A stretch of DNA of 63,375 nt from an uncultured Pseudomonadales bacterium (lineage in GTDB: Bacteria; Patescibacteriota; Microgenomatia; UBA1400; PJMF01), in NCBI GenBank assembly GCA_964607285.1, contig CAZSJW010000008.1, positions 1 to 63,375 on the forward strand. The letters are read 5' to 3'. Both the position numbers and the translations under genes were made by a program. Positions 63,335 to 63,375 of the stretch are shown here, one piece after another; the stretch's first letter is position 1, and each line of letters opens with the position of its first letter. The notes beneath the pieces are model-generated. The model had not been told where the DNA came from and made no database searches. It saw only the letters and a program-made list of their open reading frames with translations.

Positions 63335-63375
63335 AGGTTCATTGTACCAGAACTGCGTAAGCGATCAAGCATGAC

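Noticed and set aside
1-63375. Alternative genetic code (UGA recoding, as in some CPR lineages such as Gracilibacteria)
   Set aside because: Long, motif-complete genes (gyrA, gyrB, pilB and the giant ORF) are uninterrupted under the standard code. Genes terminate with TAA, TAG and TGA alike; for example, the ACP-like gene ends in TGA at 14402-14404. No recoding is needed.

Overview
The window reads as a compact, gene-dense bacterial chromosome segment. Its gene content fits a Patescibacteria/CPR-type, monoderm-like organism, possibly Saccharimonadia-like. That placement is an inference from gene content, not a database hit. The standard genetic code fits throughout, and long genes end in TAA, TAG and TGA.

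Housekeeping genes I recognise by motif:
- rpmF-like, nusB, an ACP-like gene, rnc, rpsP and a KH-domain protein (13.4-15.9 kb)
- holB-like (37.7 kb)
- gyrB carrying a 139-aa mini-intein, ppa and gyrA (42.6-49.0 kb)
- tRNA-Ala(GGC) (50.5 kb)
- xerC/D-type recombinase, yebC, tgt, queA, tsf and rpsB (52-62 kb)

The dominant accessory content is a secretin-less type IV pilus locus in two blocks.
- Block 1 is pilM/N/O plus a PilX-like gene at 16.2-19.4 kb.
- Block 2, at 24.5-37.6 kb, holds a 1173-aa Cys-rich secreted protein, six prepilin-like genes, pilD, pilC, pilT and pilB.
- An AT-rich three-gene island (19.56-21.89 kb) and two hypothetical genes (22.0-24.6 kb) lie between the blocks.

The island is my best candidate for an undescribed system. 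It encodes two DNPH1/Rcl-like N-glycosidase-RHH fusion paralogs flanking a PNP/AMP-nucleosidase-fold protein. It could be a nucleotide-targeting conflict or toxin-antitoxin module, or alternatively a regulated salvage cassette.

Other points worth a second look:
- An LAxTG surface protein next to a sortase.
- A tandem paralog pair with Tat-like signals, one copy split in two.
- An orphan three-gene operon (38.4-42.4 kb).
- A ~70-aa helical module repeated at least 7 times across three ORFs around the tRNA, next to a trypsin-like protease.
- A 1.4-kb ORF-free AT-rich region beside xerC, with exact 12- and 13-nt direct repeats and one perfect DnaA box.
- Three apparently frameshifted or split genes, which may be assembly errors or real decay.

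All domain calls come from reading the translations and remembered family motifs. No searches were run. Start codons were adjusted by hand where noted.
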